Source: Nanohaloarchaea archaeon B1-Br10_U2g19
Lineage (GTDB): Archaea; Nanohalarchaeota; Nanosalinia; Nanosalinales; Nanosalinaceae
Direction: 5' to 3'
DNA: 64,000 bases
NCBI GenBank assembly: GCA_001563905.1
Contig: LKMO01000002.1
Span: 3,397-67,396, forward strand
Of the stretch, positions 17,399 to 27,468 are shown one piece after another (the first letter of the stretch is position 1; each line of letters opens with the position of its first letter). A model generated the notes under the pieces. That model was not told the DNA's origin. It did not search any database and saw nothing but the letters and a program-made list of their open reading frames with translations. The position numbers and the translations under genes are program-made.

Positions 17399-18811
17399 TT
17401 AGACTGTGTGTATTGGGTCGCCTTGAGCATCCTCACATGCTTCAGCAAAAGCTTCCGGGAAAGTCGGATGTGCATGAATCGTGTTCACGATGTCGTCGAG
17501 ATAGGCCTGCATCTCAAGGGCTAGAGTGGCTTCTGCAATCATATCTGATGCTCGGACACCAGCTATCTGTACTCCTAACAGCTTGCCTTTCGGACATGCG
17601 AGTACCCGGACAAATCCGGAGGTATCATCTACAGTCAAAGCTCTTCCGGAAGCTGAGAACGGAAACTTACCGATCTTCAGCTCGTCGCCATACTTGTCCT
17701 CAGCCTCTTCCAGACTCATTCCGACGACAGCTACCTCAGGATCAGTATACATAACCTTTGGAATATACTGGTTGTCAAAGGCGGCAGGCTCACCGGAAAT
17801 TACTTCGGCTGCAACACGACCTTCTCTATAAGCTTTGTGAGCCAGCATTGGTTGTCCTACCACGTCTCCTATAGCAAAAATATTTTCTTCAGAAGTCCTC
17901 ATCTGAGAGTCAACTTCGATGAAGCCGTGTTCATCCGGCTCTATAGAAGTGTTCTCTAGACCCAGCTCTTCTGTAACATTTTTAGGTGTTCTACCTACGG
18001 CAACAAGAATGTAGTCGCCTTCAACCTCTACTTCTTCATCTTCTTTCTCTGCAACAAGCACGGCTTTGTCGTCTCTGTACTTTACTTCTTGAGCCTTTGC
18101 AGATTCGTAAATATTTTGGGTGTAGTCGCTGTTAGCATCTTGTAAACTTTCAACAACTTCTTCATCAAAGTTGCCGAGTATTCTTTCCATAGCTTCAACT
18201 ACTTTTACTTCTGAACCAAACTTAGAGAATTTTGTGACTGCTTCCATACCTATGTAGCCGCCTCCGACAACTACAAGCTCTTCAGGCACTTCCTCAAGGT
18301 TTAACAGTTCTCTTGAGGAGATAACTTTTTCTTGAGAGAACTCTAATCCGGGTATCTCCATAGGCTGGCTACCTGTTGCTATGACGGCGTTTTCAAACTC
18401 TATTTTGTCTGTACGGTGCTCTTCTTCAACTCTTACGGTTTTAGAATCAATGAAGTGAGCCTTACCTTTCTTTACTTCTACTCCGTGTTTTTTCAGTATC
18501 TGTTTGACTCCTCCGTTAAGTTTTTCTACAATGCTGTTCTTCCATTTCTGTACTTCTGAGAAATCTAAGTCTTGTTTGGTGTAGACATCTTTTTCGTCTT
18601 TGCTCAGAAACTCTTCATACATTTTAGAGGAGTGGATAAATGCTTTAGCAGGTATACAGCCCCGGTTTAGGCATGTACCTCCTATATCTTCTTTTTCTAT
18701 CAATACTACGTCTTTACCTCTTTGTGAAGCTCTTATGGCGGCAGTGTAACCTCCAGGACCTCCTCCTATAACTATTACGTCTGTTCCGGTAGCTATATCG
18801 CCTACAACCAC
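17399..18811 (-). CDS. lpdA: dihydrolipoamide dehydrogenase (E3)
   Basis: 470 aa. GGGPGGYTAAIRA, redox-active GGTCLNRGCIPAK, C-terminal HAHPTFPE. Confidence 0.96.
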   Translation of the reverse strand: MVVGDIATGTDVIVIGGGPGGYTAAIRASQRGKDVVLIEKEDIGGTCLNRGCIPAKAFIHSSKMYEEFLSKDEKDVYTKQDLDFSEVQKWKNSIVEKLNGGVKQILKKHGVEVKKGKAHFIDSKTVRVEEEHRTDKIEFENAVIATGSQPMEIPGLEFSQEKVISSRELLNLEEVPEELVVVGGGYIGMEAVTKFSKFGSEVKVVEAMERILGNFDEEVVESLQDANSDYTQNIYESAKAQEVKYRDDKAVLVAEKEDEEVEVEGDYILVAVGRTPKNVTEELGLENTSIEPDEHGFIEVDSQMRTSEENIFAIGDVVGQPMLAHKAYREGRVAAEVISGEPAAFDNQYIPKVMYTDPEVAVVGMSLEEAEDKYGDELKIGKFPFSASGRALTVDDTSGFVRVLACPKGKLLGVQIAGVRASDMIAEATLALEMQAYLDDIVNTIHAHPTFPEAFAEACEDAQGDPIHTV

Positions 18812-18815
18812 TGTT

Positions 18816-20198
18816 TTAAAGCCTCATTAAAAGTTCTTCAGGGTTCTCGAGGTTTTCAATAACAGTATTCATGAATCTGGCTGCTGTAGCGCCGTCAACT
18901 ACTCTGTGATCATAGCTTAAGGAGAGTTTCACTGTTTTACGCGGAACCACTTCGCCTTCAAAAACTTCGGCAGTCTCCTTTATACTTCCAACACCTAGTA
19001 TTGCGGTCTGAGGATAGTTTATTATCGGTGTGAACTCCTCTCCGCCGATCACTCCCAGATTGGTTATTGAGAAGGTTCCGGAGTCCATCTCCTTCTTTGA
19101 AACATTTGTTTCTTGAGCTCTCCCAACAGCGGCTGTTATGCTTTCTGCAAGCTCAACAATACTTTTGTTATCAACTTTATCGACTACAGGAACCATTAAA
19201 CCTTTCTCAGTATCTACAGCAATATTAAAGTTGTAGTCTTTCTTAAGCAGTATCTCGTTGTTTTCTTCATCTAGCTCGGCGTTAAGCTCAGGATACTTTT
19301 CCAAACCTTCTAATACAGCCTTCATGATAAAAGGCATATAGGTTAGATGGGCTTCAAAGTTCTCTTTCTCACGTTCTCTCAGGTCTACTAGCTGTGTTAC
19401 ATCTGCTTTATCTACATGGGTTACGTGAGGAGCAGTGAAACGTGATCTCTCCATTTTATCTGCGACAGCTTTTCTTATACCAGACATCTCGACTCTTTCT
19501 TCTTCGCCTGTTTCGGAAACTCTATGTTCGGTCTCTCTGTCCTGAGATCCACTGCTGGAAGCGCTTAAAACATCGTCTCTAGTTATCTTACCGTCTCGAC
19601 CAGAACCAGTAACTTCTTCTAAACTTATTCCTTCTTCTCTAGCTAATTTACGTACTGAAGGAGTTGCTTTGATACTTTCACTGGTATTAGTAACAGTTTC
19701 TGAATCTGAACTACTGGTTTGAGACTGTTTTGATCCTTCTGCGGCTTCAAGAACTTCTTCTTCTGTTATTCTTTCACCTGTCTTTATTGAAGCCAGGTCC
19801 ACTCCTTTCTTTTGAGCTAGCTTTCTTACTTTTGGAAGAGCTAAAACATCTTCGGAGCTTTCAACAGATCTAATCTCCTTTTCAGGTTTCTCAGGCTCGG
19901 ATTCTACTTTTTCAGACACTTTTTCTTCCGGCTCTTCCTGTTCTTCTGTTTCTTCAGAAACTTCTTCGCCGTCATCTACAATCATTATTACGTCTCCTAC
20001 TTTGACGGTGTCTCCGGCTTCTACCTTAAGCTCGGTTACCTTCCCGCTGGTTGGTGCAGGGATATCAACTACGGCTTTATCGGTTTCTGCTTCCCCCACG
20101 ACCTGGTCTTCCTCAATCTCGTCGCCTTCATCTATCATCCACTGTAGGAACTTTCCTTCTGTTACACCTTCGCCGGTATCCGGGAATTTAAACTCCAA
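18816..20198 (-). CDS. dihydrolipoamide acyltransferase (E2) of a 2-oxoacid dehydrogenase complex
   Basis: 460 aa. Lipoyl domain (ETDKAVVDIPAP), two E3-binding-like segments (ALPKVRKLAQKKGVDL, ATPSVRKLAREEGISL), catalytic SYDHRVVDGA. Confidence 0.95.
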   Translation of the reverse strand: MEFKFPDTGEGVTEGKFLQWMIDEGDEIEEDQVVGEAETDKAVVDIPAPTSGKVTELKVEAGDTVKVGDVIMIVDDGEEVSEETEEQEEPEEKVSEKVESEPEKPEKEIRSVESSEDVLALPKVRKLAQKKGVDLASIKTGERITEEEVLEAAEGSKQSQTSSSDSETVTNTSESIKATPSVRKLAREEGISLEEVTGSGRDGKITRDDVLSASSSGSQDRETEHRVSETGEEERVEMSGIRKAVADKMERSRFTAPHVTHVDKADVTQLVDLREREKENFEAHLTYMPFIMKAVLEGLEKYPELNAELDEENNEILLKKDYNFNIAVDTEKGLMVPVVDKVDNKSIVELAESITAAVGRAQETNVSKKEMDSGTFSITNLGVIGGEEFTPIINYPQTAILGVGSIKETAEVFEGEVVPRKTVKLSLSYDHRVVDGATAARFMNTVIENLENPEELLMRL

Positions 20199-20214
20199 CT
20201 CTTCTTCACCTCGG

Positions 20215-21180
20215 TTAAAACTCTAGCACCTTTTCTAAGCCGTTCACTGTCTTTTCAACGTTAGGCATATAGTAGTCTTCAAGGGTGTATAACGGATAAG
20301 GGACGTCTGGGGCAGTCACTCTCTCTACAGGTGCCTCCATCGATAGGATAGATTCTTCTTGGATTCTTGAAGCTAGCTCTGCCCCGAAACCACCTGTTTT
20401 CTGTGCTTCGTGGAGAACTACTGCTCTACCGGTCTTCTTAACCGATTCAACAACGGTTTCAAAGTCTGTAGGGTATATTGTCATCAAGTCAATCACTTCT
20501 ACAGAAGCTTCTACTTCTTCTGCTGCCTCTTCTGCAACAGGAACCATGGCGCCCCACGCAATCAATGTTATGTCGTCGCCTTCCTTTGCTATCCGCGCTT
20601 TTTCTAGTTCAACTTCTTTATCTTTATCTACTTCTTCTTTAAACGCTCTATATGTTTTCTTAGGCTCTAAAAATACTACAGGGTCATCTAGCTGTATAGA
20701 TTTTCTTAGTAACGAGTAAGTGTTCTGAGGAGTACTAGGCACTACGACATGTAGTCCTTGTGCGTGTGCATAGAAAGCTTCAGGACTTTCTTGGTGATGC
20801 TCTAAAGCACTTATACCTCCTCCATAAGGTGCTCTAACTGTTAGAGGGACGTTATAGTCGCCTCTACTCCTTATACGCATCCTTGAAGCATGTTCTTTAA
20901 TCTGATAGAACGCAAGATAAGAGAAGCCTGAGAACTGCATCTCTACAACAGGTCTGAAACCGTATAAGCCCATTCCTATCGCGGTCCCGGCGATACCTGA
21001 CTCTGCTAGGGGGCTGGAGAAGCAACGTTTCTCTCCAAACTCTTCTTGAAGATCTTTTGTAGCTCGGAAGACTCCGCCGTCCTCCCCAACATCTTCTCCA
21101 TAAGTTATGACGTTCTCGTTTTCCGCCATTTCATCTCTTAAGGCTTCGTTAACTGCCTCGATAATATTCATTTTGGTCAT
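20215..21180 (-). CDS. 2-oxoacid dehydrogenase E1 beta subunit
   Basis: 321 aa. Transketolase-like pyrimidine-binding and C-terminal domains (GEDVGEDGGVFRAT, SPLAESGIAG, PVVFLEPK). Confidence 0.95.
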   Translation of the reverse strand: MTKMNIIEAVNEALRDEMAENENVITYGEDVGEDGGVFRATKDLQEEFGEKRCFSSPLAESGIAGTAIGMGLYGFRPVVEMQFSGFSYLAFYQIKEHASRMRIRSRGDYNVPLTVRAPYGGGISALEHHQESPEAFYAHAQGLHVVVPSTPQNTYSLLRKSIQLDDPVVFLEPKKTYRAFKEEVDKDKEVELEKARIAKEGDDITLIAWGAMVPVAEEAAEEVEASVEVIDLMTIYPTDFETVVESVKKTGRAVVLHEAQKTGGFGAELASRIQEESILSMEAPVERVTAPDVPYPLYTLEDYYMPNVEKTVNGLEKVLEF

Positions 21181-21181
21181 T

Positions 21182-22243
21182 TTACTCGTTCACCTCTTTC
21201 CGAAGCTCTTCTTTCTCTTTCGCAAGTAGCTCCGGCATCTCGCCGTAAACATAGTCAAACAGTTCGTCGAAACTTGGTTTATCCATTTCTAAGGCTTTGT
21301 TAGCTGCTTCATCTACTTTCTCTTTAGCTTCGTCTTCAAAGCCTTCCAATTCATCTCTCCAGATATCATGTTCTTTCAGATAGTTTCTAAACCTGTTTAA
21401 GGGGTCTTGCTCGCGCCATTCTTCTACCTCGTCGTCTTCTCTGTAACGGGTTGAGTCATCAGAAGTTGTATGGTCTTCTAAACGGTATGTTAGGGCTTCA
21501 ACAAGTGCTGGTTCGCCGTTACGAGCCTTCTCTAAAACCTCTCTCATCGCCTTTATCACTGCTAGTATATCGTTTCCGTCGACTTGAACTCCGTTTATTC
21601 CGTAAGCTAAGGCTTTCTGTGCTACTGTATCAGAGTTTGTCTGTTTTTCGAAAGGCATGGAGATTGCATACTGGTTGTTCTGAACAAAAAAGACTGAATG
21701 CGCGTCGTATACTCCTGCAAAGTTTAATGCTTCATGAAAATCTCCTTCACTAGTACTTCCGTCGCCCGTAAATCCGACTACAGCATTATCATCTTCTTTA
21801 AAGCTCATAGCCATTCCTAATCCTGCTGTATGAAGGTTCTGGGTTCCAACAGGTATAGCAACAGGTAAAGTATTGAGCTCTGCTAAGCCTTTCTGGCCGT
21901 TTGCATCACCCATCCATCTCTGGAAGATCTTTTCTAGAGGCGCACCTCTCATAATAAATGCGGCTGACTCTCTGAAGCTTGGTACAACCCAGTCCTCATC
22001 TCTTAGAGGATAGATTGATCCTATCTGCGCGGCTTCTTGTCCTTTGTGAGGTGCGTAAGTCGATATTTCGCCTCTTCTCTGGAGAGAGAACGCTTTCTCA
22101 TCAAACTTCCGGGCTACAACCATTTTTTTGTAGAGCTCGATATACTCGTCTTCAGCAAGATTTGGCGCCTCCTCCGCCGGGTTTTCGGAGTTCATAACCT
22201 CCACTTTTTCTATACTTCCAGAGAAAACCTGTTCTCGTGCCAT
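21182..22243 (-). CDS. 2-oxoacid dehydrogenase E1 alpha subunit (TPP-binding)
   Basis: 353 aa. TPP motif GDGSTSEGDFHEALNFA...VQNNQYAIS. Confidence 0.95.
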   Translation of the reverse strand: MAREQVFSGSIEKVEVMNSENPAEEAPNLAEDEYIELYKKMVVARKFDEKAFSLQRRGEISTYAPHKGQEAAQIGSIYPLRDEDWVVPSFRESAAFIMRGAPLEKIFQRWMGDANGQKGLAELNTLPVAIPVGTQNLHTAGLGMAMSFKEDDNAVVGFTGDGSTSEGDFHEALNFAGVYDAHSVFFVQNNQYAISMPFEKQTNSDTVAQKALAYGINGVQVDGNDILAVIKAMREVLEKARNGEPALVEALTYRLEDHTTSDDSTRYREDDEVEEWREQDPLNRFRNYLKEHDIWRDELEGFEDEAKEKVDEAANKALEMDKPSFDELFDYVYGEMPELLAKEKEELRKEVNE

Positions 22244-22270
22244 TATATTATGGAACTGCTTAAGGCTTGA

Positions 22271-22278
22271 ATATAAAG
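22271..22278 (-). promoter_or_regulatory. TATA-like box (CTTTATAT on the minus strand) for the E1alpha operon
   Basis: Lies 28-35 nt upstream of the E1alpha ATG (22243). This spacing is expected for a leaderless archaeal transcript. Sequence reading only. Confidence 0.35.
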
Positions 22279-22337
22279 AATAGTTTTGCGACTTTTCGGT
22301 GAAATAAACACTCTAAATAACCGGCTCAACAATAAAC

Positions 22338-24380
22338 ATGTTTGTGACTTTAGATAAGCTGTTCGAACCGGAAAAAGTTGCTGTTGTAGGCGCTTCAAGA
22401 CAGGAAGGAAAAACAGGGCATGAGGTCTTCGACAACCTTTTACATGATTTCGAAGGAGAGGTTGTACCGGTCAACCCTAAAGCTGAGGAAGTACACGGCG
22501 TAAAGGCAGAAGATGAGATACCTGAAGGCACGGATCTAGCTGTTATTGTGGTGCCGGCAAAGATTGTTCCGGAAGTAATCTACGACTGCGGGAAAAAAGA
22601 TGTTGAAGCAGCAATAGTAATATCTGCAGGCTTCTCAGAGACAGGTAAAGAACAGTTGGAAGAACATATTGTCCATAAGGCTGAACAGAACGATATCAAA
22701 CTACTAGGTCCGAACGTACTAGGCGTAATTAATACAAAGAACTCTATGAACGCCTCCTTCGCATCAAAAATACCTGAAAAAGGAGATATAGCCTTTATGA
22801 GTCAGTCAGGAGCATTCTGTACGGCAATACTTGACTACGCTAAAGCAGAGCATATCGGATTCAACAACTTTGTATCTCTAGGAAACAAAGCAATGCTCAA
22901 CGAAGTAGACCTTCTTAAATACTGGAGAAACACGGATACAGGAACAATACTGTCTTACACAGAAGGAATAGAGAATGGAAGAGAGTTTATAGAAGAAGCA
23001 AAGAAAACTTCAAAAGACACGCCTATAGTAATGGTCAAATCAGGTAGAACAAGTAAAGGAGGTCACGCAGCCTCAAGCCATACAGGAAGCATAGCCGGAA
23101 GCTACCAAGCCTATAAAGCAGCCTTCAGAAAAACAGGTATAATTGAAGCAGAGTCCAACAGAGAACTTCTAGAGTTCGGAAGAGCATTTGACTACCAGCC
23201 TCTACCTGAAGGAGATAACGTAGCTATCTTAACTAATGCAGGAGGACCTGGAGTAATAACAACGGATGAAATATCTGAAAGAGGTTTAGAACTTGCTGAA
23301 CTAGAAATGAGTACTAAAAGAAGTCTAAGAGACGTTCTTCCTGAAGAGTCTGAACCTGTAAACCCTTTAGACGTGATAGGTGATGCAGGTCACCAAAGAT
23401 ACAAGGATGCTTTAGAACATGTTCTAGCTGATGAAAACGTAGACTCTGTAATAGTTATACTTACTCCACAAGCAAACACGGAGATAAAGAAAACAGCAAA
23501 AACCGTGGTTAAAGCCTCACGAAACACGGATAAAACAGTTCTAGCATCGTTTATGGGAGAACAAGATGTACAGAAAGGAATAGATATACTGGAGAAAGAA
23601 GAGGTGCCCGACTTCCAAGATCCTATGGATGCAGTCAAAACACTGAAAGCAATGCGGAATTACAGAGAGTTTTTAGAACGTGGAGAAACTTTCAAACAGT
23701 TTGAATATGATAAAGAAAAAGCAGACAAAGCTATAGATAATATTAGAGACTACGAGTTCAAAGAAAATCTGTTAGAAGCATACGGCTTTGACTTAGCACT
23801 AACAAGCATAGCTGAAAGCCCTTTGGATGCGCAAGAAGCCGCAGCTAACGTAGGCTACCCGGTTGTACTCAAAGTAAACTCGCCGGAGATCAAACATAAA
23901 ACCGATATAGGAGGAGTTAAAACAGGTTTAGAGACCAAGAAAGAAGTCAAAGAAGCGTTCCACGAAATAGTTAACAACGTCCATCTAAACGCCAGCGCAT
24001 CTCAACTAGAAGGCGTACAGGTACAAGAACAGTTAGACGGTCTAGAGATTGCGTTAGGGATGAAACGCGACCCACAGTTCGGACCAATGATAATGGTAGG
24101 GCTTGGAGGAATATACATAGAGGTCTTGAGAGACGTAAGCTTCGGAATAGCTCCTATAACAGAGGAAGAAGCCGAGAAGATGATTGACGAGCTACAGGCA
24201 CACGAACTATTTGAAGCTGCAAGAGGACAGAAACATAACTTAGAACCTGTTAAAGACGCTATAATCAAGCTAGGAGATCTAGCACTAGAACATGATAGTA
24301 TACAAGAAATCGACTTGAACCCGGCTATACTGAAAGATAAAAACTTCTACGTTGCCGATATAGTTATAGAAACTAAATAA
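22338..24380 (+). CDS. acd: ADP-forming acetyl-CoA synthetase (fused alpha-beta, NDP-forming acyl-CoA synthetase)
   Basis: 680 aa. CoA-binding N-terminus (VAVVGASRQEGKTGHEV), phosphohistidine loop GHAASSHTGSIAG, C-terminal ATP-grasp (GYPVVLKV...). Confidence 0.93.
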   Translation: MFVTLDKLFEPEKVAVVGASRQEGKTGHEVFDNLLHDFEGEVVPVNPKAEEVHGVKAEDEIPEGTDLAVIVVPAKIVPEVIYDCGKKDVEAAIVISAGFSETGKEQLEEHIVHKAEQNDIKLLGPNVLGVINTKNSMNASFASKIPEKGDIAFMSQSGAFCTAILDYAKAEHIGFNNFVSLGNKAMLNEVDLLKYWRNTDTGTILSYTEGIENGREFIEEAKKTSKDTPIVMVKSGRTSKGGHAASSHTGSIAGSYQAYKAAFRKTGIIEAESNRELLEFGRAFDYQPLPEGDNVAILTNAGGPGVITTDEISERGLELAELEMSTKRSLRDVLPEESEPVNPLDVIGDAGHQRYKDALEHVLADENVDSVIVILTPQANTEIKKTAKTVVKASRNTDKTVLASFMGEQDVQKGIDILEKEEVPDFQDPMDAVKTLKAMRNYREFLERGETFKQFEYDKEKADKAIDNIRDYEFKENLLEAYGFDLALTSIAESPLDAQEAAANVGYPVVLKVNSPEIKHKTDIGGVKTGLETKKEVKEAFHEIVNNVHLNASASQLEGVQVQEQLDGLEIALGMKRDPQFGPMIMVGLGGIYIEVLRDVSFGIAPITEEEAEKMIDELQAHELFEAARGQKHNLEPVKDAIIKLGDLALEHDSIQEIDLNPAILKDKNFYVADIVIETK

Positions 24381-24446
24381 GAGAAGTTTTTCTGAAGTGG
24401 TTGAAGAACACTAAGCCGTATCTTCTTATCTAAAAGTAATTCCTTC

Positions 24447-25196
24447 TTAATTAAAACTGTTTTGACCGAAGCCAGCACTAAGTGTTCTTGTCAGGGCTTC
24501 TTCTGCTGTTTCATCTGTTTCTATTATATGTTCTGGCTTGACCTCTAAGATGAGTCCGGTAGTTATATTCGGGCTAGTTGGTAAGAATAAGATTTCTCTG
24601 CCTTCTGGCGAAACATTACCGGTTTTGAAGGCGGTAAGTTTGACATTGTTAAGCTCTATTTTGACCGGCTTGCTGAGTTCTTCTGTTCCTTCTATAACTG
24701 TCTCTGTTGTTACTTTAGTGATCCTATATATTCCTCCGAGAAAAGGTATTGAACCTATTATATTATCGACTATTTTCTCAAGTTCGAATCCTGTACGTGT
24801 TCTTGTCAGTTTACCGATCGCTGTAGATAGTGCTGCTCCCAAAACAAGTAACGCGGAGAGCTTAACTGACTGGTTAAGAACGTAGTATTCGGTGAAGTTC
24901 AGGACTTCGTTATAAGGGATTAGCTCGATTTTCTGGAAAAGCCATGCAACCACCAAGCCGACTATCAGGATCGGAAGCAGGACTATAAGGCCTTCTACTG
25001 CAGGTTCTTTCTGTCTGGTGAAGCCTAAATCTTCAAGTATTTCATCCTGGTTTCTGCGGTAGTAACCGATATTTTCTCTTTGTTCTCGGCCTTTTGCGAT
25101 TCCACCCTCCAGTATTTTCTGAGCTCCTTCCTGGAGGTGTGCTTTACCGTCTCGGAAAGCTTTCTCACTCTCTTCAGAATTTCCTTCTTCGGTCAC
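24447..25196 (-). CDS. DUF502-family membrane protein
   Basis: 249 aa, two TM segments. IPFLGGIYRITK and LFLPTSPNITTGLILEV match the DUF502 pattern as I remember it. Confidence 0.7.
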   Translation of the reverse strand: MTEEGNSEESEKAFRDGKAHLQEGAQKILEGGIAKGREQRENIGYYRRNQDEILEDLGFTRQKEPAVEGLIVLLPILIVGLVVAWLFQKIELIPYNEVLNFTEYYVLNQSVKLSALLVLGAALSTAIGKLTRTRTGFELEKIVDNIIGSIPFLGGIYRITKVTTETVIEGTEELSKPVKIELNNVKLTAFKTGNVSPEGREILFLPTSPNITTGLILEVKPEHIIETDETAEEALTRTLSAGFGQNSFN

Positions 25197-25417
25197 AGGT
25201 TCAATTCAAGCAGCTAAATATTAACTGTTCTTTGGTTGCCTCCGAGCTCATGTGTCAATCTCGTCAAGCTTTTTTAGGAATAACCCAGGATTTCTATCTT
25301 TCATACTCGTTTACAGAAATTATCTTTTAAGATCTAACAAGAGGGCTTAAACCGTTCTAAAGCCCCGAAAAACATTTTTTGGAAAGCTTTACAACTGTTT
25401 AGAAAGATAAAGTTATC

Positions 25418-26569
25418 ATGACTCTAGAAGAAGATGCGTTAGAACTTCATTCTAAGAACCCTGGTAAAATCAGTGTAGAAGCCTCAGTAGATATAGAAAC
25501 CAAGGAAGATCTCAACCTTGTCTATACTCCGGGCGTAGCAGAGCCTTGCAGGAAGATAGCTGAAAACAAGGAAGAAGCCTACAACTACACTTCAAAAAAG
25601 AATCTTGTTGCAGTTGTAAGCGACGGTTCCGCAGTACTGGGACTAGGAGATATAGGTCCTGAAGCTTCCATGCCTGTAATGGAAGGAAAGGCCAATCTGT
25701 TAAAGAAGTTTGGAGAAGTAGACGGTTTTCCTCTAGTCGTTGATACAGAGTCTTCAAAAGAGATAATTGAAACAGTTGAAAGAGTAGCTCCAACACTTGG
25801 AGCTGTAAATCTTGAAGATATCAGCGCACCAGAATGTTTCGAGATAGAGAACCGTTTACAGGAAAAACTGGATATACCAGTATTTCATGACGACCAACAC
25901 GGAACCGCAATCGTGGTATTAGCAGCATTGAGAAACTCTCTAAAGCTTGTAGATAAAGAGATGGAAGATCTGAAAATAGTTGTTTCAGGTGTTGGTGCGG
26001 CGGGAATAGCAGTCTCTAAAATACTTGATAGTGCAGGAACAGAAAATATTTTGCCTGTAGACTCCTTGGGAATAATCTCCCAAGACCGAGGAAACAAACA
26101 CAAACAAAGACTGGCTTCAGAACTAGGTGTAACTGAAGAAGGAGATTTAGAGGATGCGATGAAGAATGCAGATGTTCTAATAGGGTTATCAATAGGAGGA
26201 ATAGTCTCTAAGGAAATGGTTGAATCGATGAATGAGAACGCAGTAGTTTTTGCGTTAGCGAACCCTGATCCAGAGATAATGCCTGATGAAGCTAAAGAAG
26301 CAGGAGCAGAGATAGTTGCGACAGGTAGAAGCGACTTTCCAAATCAGGTAAATAACTCTATAGCATTCCCGGGTATTTTCAGAGGAGCAATTGATGCTGA
26401 AGCAACCGAGATAAATGAAGAGATGAAAAGAGCTGCATCAAAAGCAATATCTGAATCTTTGGAACCTGAAAAAGAAAGAATTCTTCCAGATACACTTGAC
26501 AAAGAGCTTGCGATGAAGATAGCTTCAAAAGTTAAAAAAGCAGCTGAAGAAACCAATGTAACCCGGTGA
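25418..26569 (+). CDS. NAD(P)-dependent malic enzyme (short form)
   Basis: 383 aa. LVYTPGVAEPC, VVSDGSAVLGLGDIG, FHDDQHGTA, VSGVGAAGIA, ALANPDPEI. Confidence 0.95.
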   Translation: MTLEEDALELHSKNPGKISVEASVDIETKEDLNLVYTPGVAEPCRKIAENKEEAYNYTSKKNLVAVVSDGSAVLGLGDIGPEASMPVMEGKANLLKKFGEVDGFPLVVDTESSKEIIETVERVAPTLGAVNLEDISAPECFEIENRLQEKLDIPVFHDDQHGTAIVVLAALRNSLKLVDKEMEDLKIVVSGVGAAGIAVSKILDSAGTENILPVDSLGIISQDRGNKHKQRLASELGVTEEGDLEDAMKNADVLIGLSIGGIVSKEMVESMNENAVVFALANPDPEIMPDEAKEAGAEIVATGRSDFPNQVNNSIAFPGIFRGAIDAEATEINEEMKRAASKAISESLEPEKERILPDTLDKELAMKIASKVKKAAEETNVTR

Positions 26570-26577
26570 GACCAAGA

Positions 26578-27468
26578 ATGGATGAAGAAGCAAAAAAACA
26601 CTATGTAAAGGCAGGAAAAGTAATACAGGATGCAAGACAAGTTGCACGTGAAACTGCGGAGCCTGGGACAAACCTGAAAGAGATAGCTGAAACAGTCGAA
26701 CAAGAGATCAAAGATCAAGGATTAAAGCCGGCGTTCCCTGTAAACACTTCTCTGAATGAGGAGGCAGCACATTACACTCCTAGTAAGGATGAAGAGAAAG
26801 TTTTAACCGAAAATGATGTTCTTAAAATCGATATTGGGGCACAGTCAAACGGTTTTATCGCGGATACAGCCTTAACCGTTAACCCGTCCGGTAAGCACCA
26901 AGAAATCATTGATACGGTAGAAAAAGTACTGGAGAACGCACTTCAGTTCATAGAGCCAGGTGTAACGATCGGAGAGTTCGGAACATATGTACAAGAACAG
27001 GTCCCAGAAAAGTACAATCCTGTAATGAACCTTACAGGCCACTACTTAGACCAACATACACAGCACGCAGGAGTATCTATACCTAACGTAGAAAATACTT
27101 CAAGCCATAAGTTCAAGAAGGGAGACGCTGTAGCAATAGAGCCTTTCATAACAGAAGGGTCAGGTAAGGTAGTTCACGGAAAGCCAGGCAACATCTACCT
27201 GCAGGAAGCAGATAGAAACGTTAGAGGTAGGACAGAAAGAAAACTTATGAAAACTATAAACGGTTTTGACGGTCTTCCGTTCACAACTCGCTGGATCTCC
27301 AACTATGGAGGAAGACAGAAGATGGCTATGAGAAAGCTTGTACAGAACGGTATGGTCAAATCTTATGATGTGCTGAAAGACGGTCAAGATGGTTTAGTAG
27401 CTCAAGCAGAACACACCGTACTTGTAGGAGTGGATGACGGCGATAACATAGTAACTACAAGACGTTAA
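26578..27468 (+). CDS. map: methionine aminopeptidase, type 2 (archaeal)
   Basis: ATG at 26578 (MDEEAKKHY). A GTG at 26566 overlapping the malic enzyme stop is an alternative start. AHYTP, KIDIGAQSNGFIADTA, LTGHYL, AIEPF, AQAEHTV metal-ligand pattern. Confidence 0.93.
   Translation: MDEEAKKHYVKAGKVIQDARQVARETAEPGTNLKEIAETVEQEIKDQGLKPAFPVNTSLNEEAAHYTPSKDEEKVLTENDVLKIDIGAQSNGFIADTALTVNPSGKHQEIIDTVEKVLENALQFIEPGVTIGEFGTYVQEQVPEKYNPVMNLTGHYLDQHTQHAGVSIPNVENTSSHKFKKGDAVAIEPFITEGSGKVVHGKPGNIYLQEADRNVRGRTERKLMKTINGFDGLPFTTRWISNYGGRQKMAMRKLVQNGMVKSYDVLKDGQDGLVAQAEHTVLVGVDDGDNIVTTRR

Noticed and set aside
26344-26718. 124-aa minus-strand ORF spanning the malic enzyme / map junction
   Set aside because: It lies antisense to two strongly supported genes, has a hydrophobic low-complexity translation and has no promoter context.
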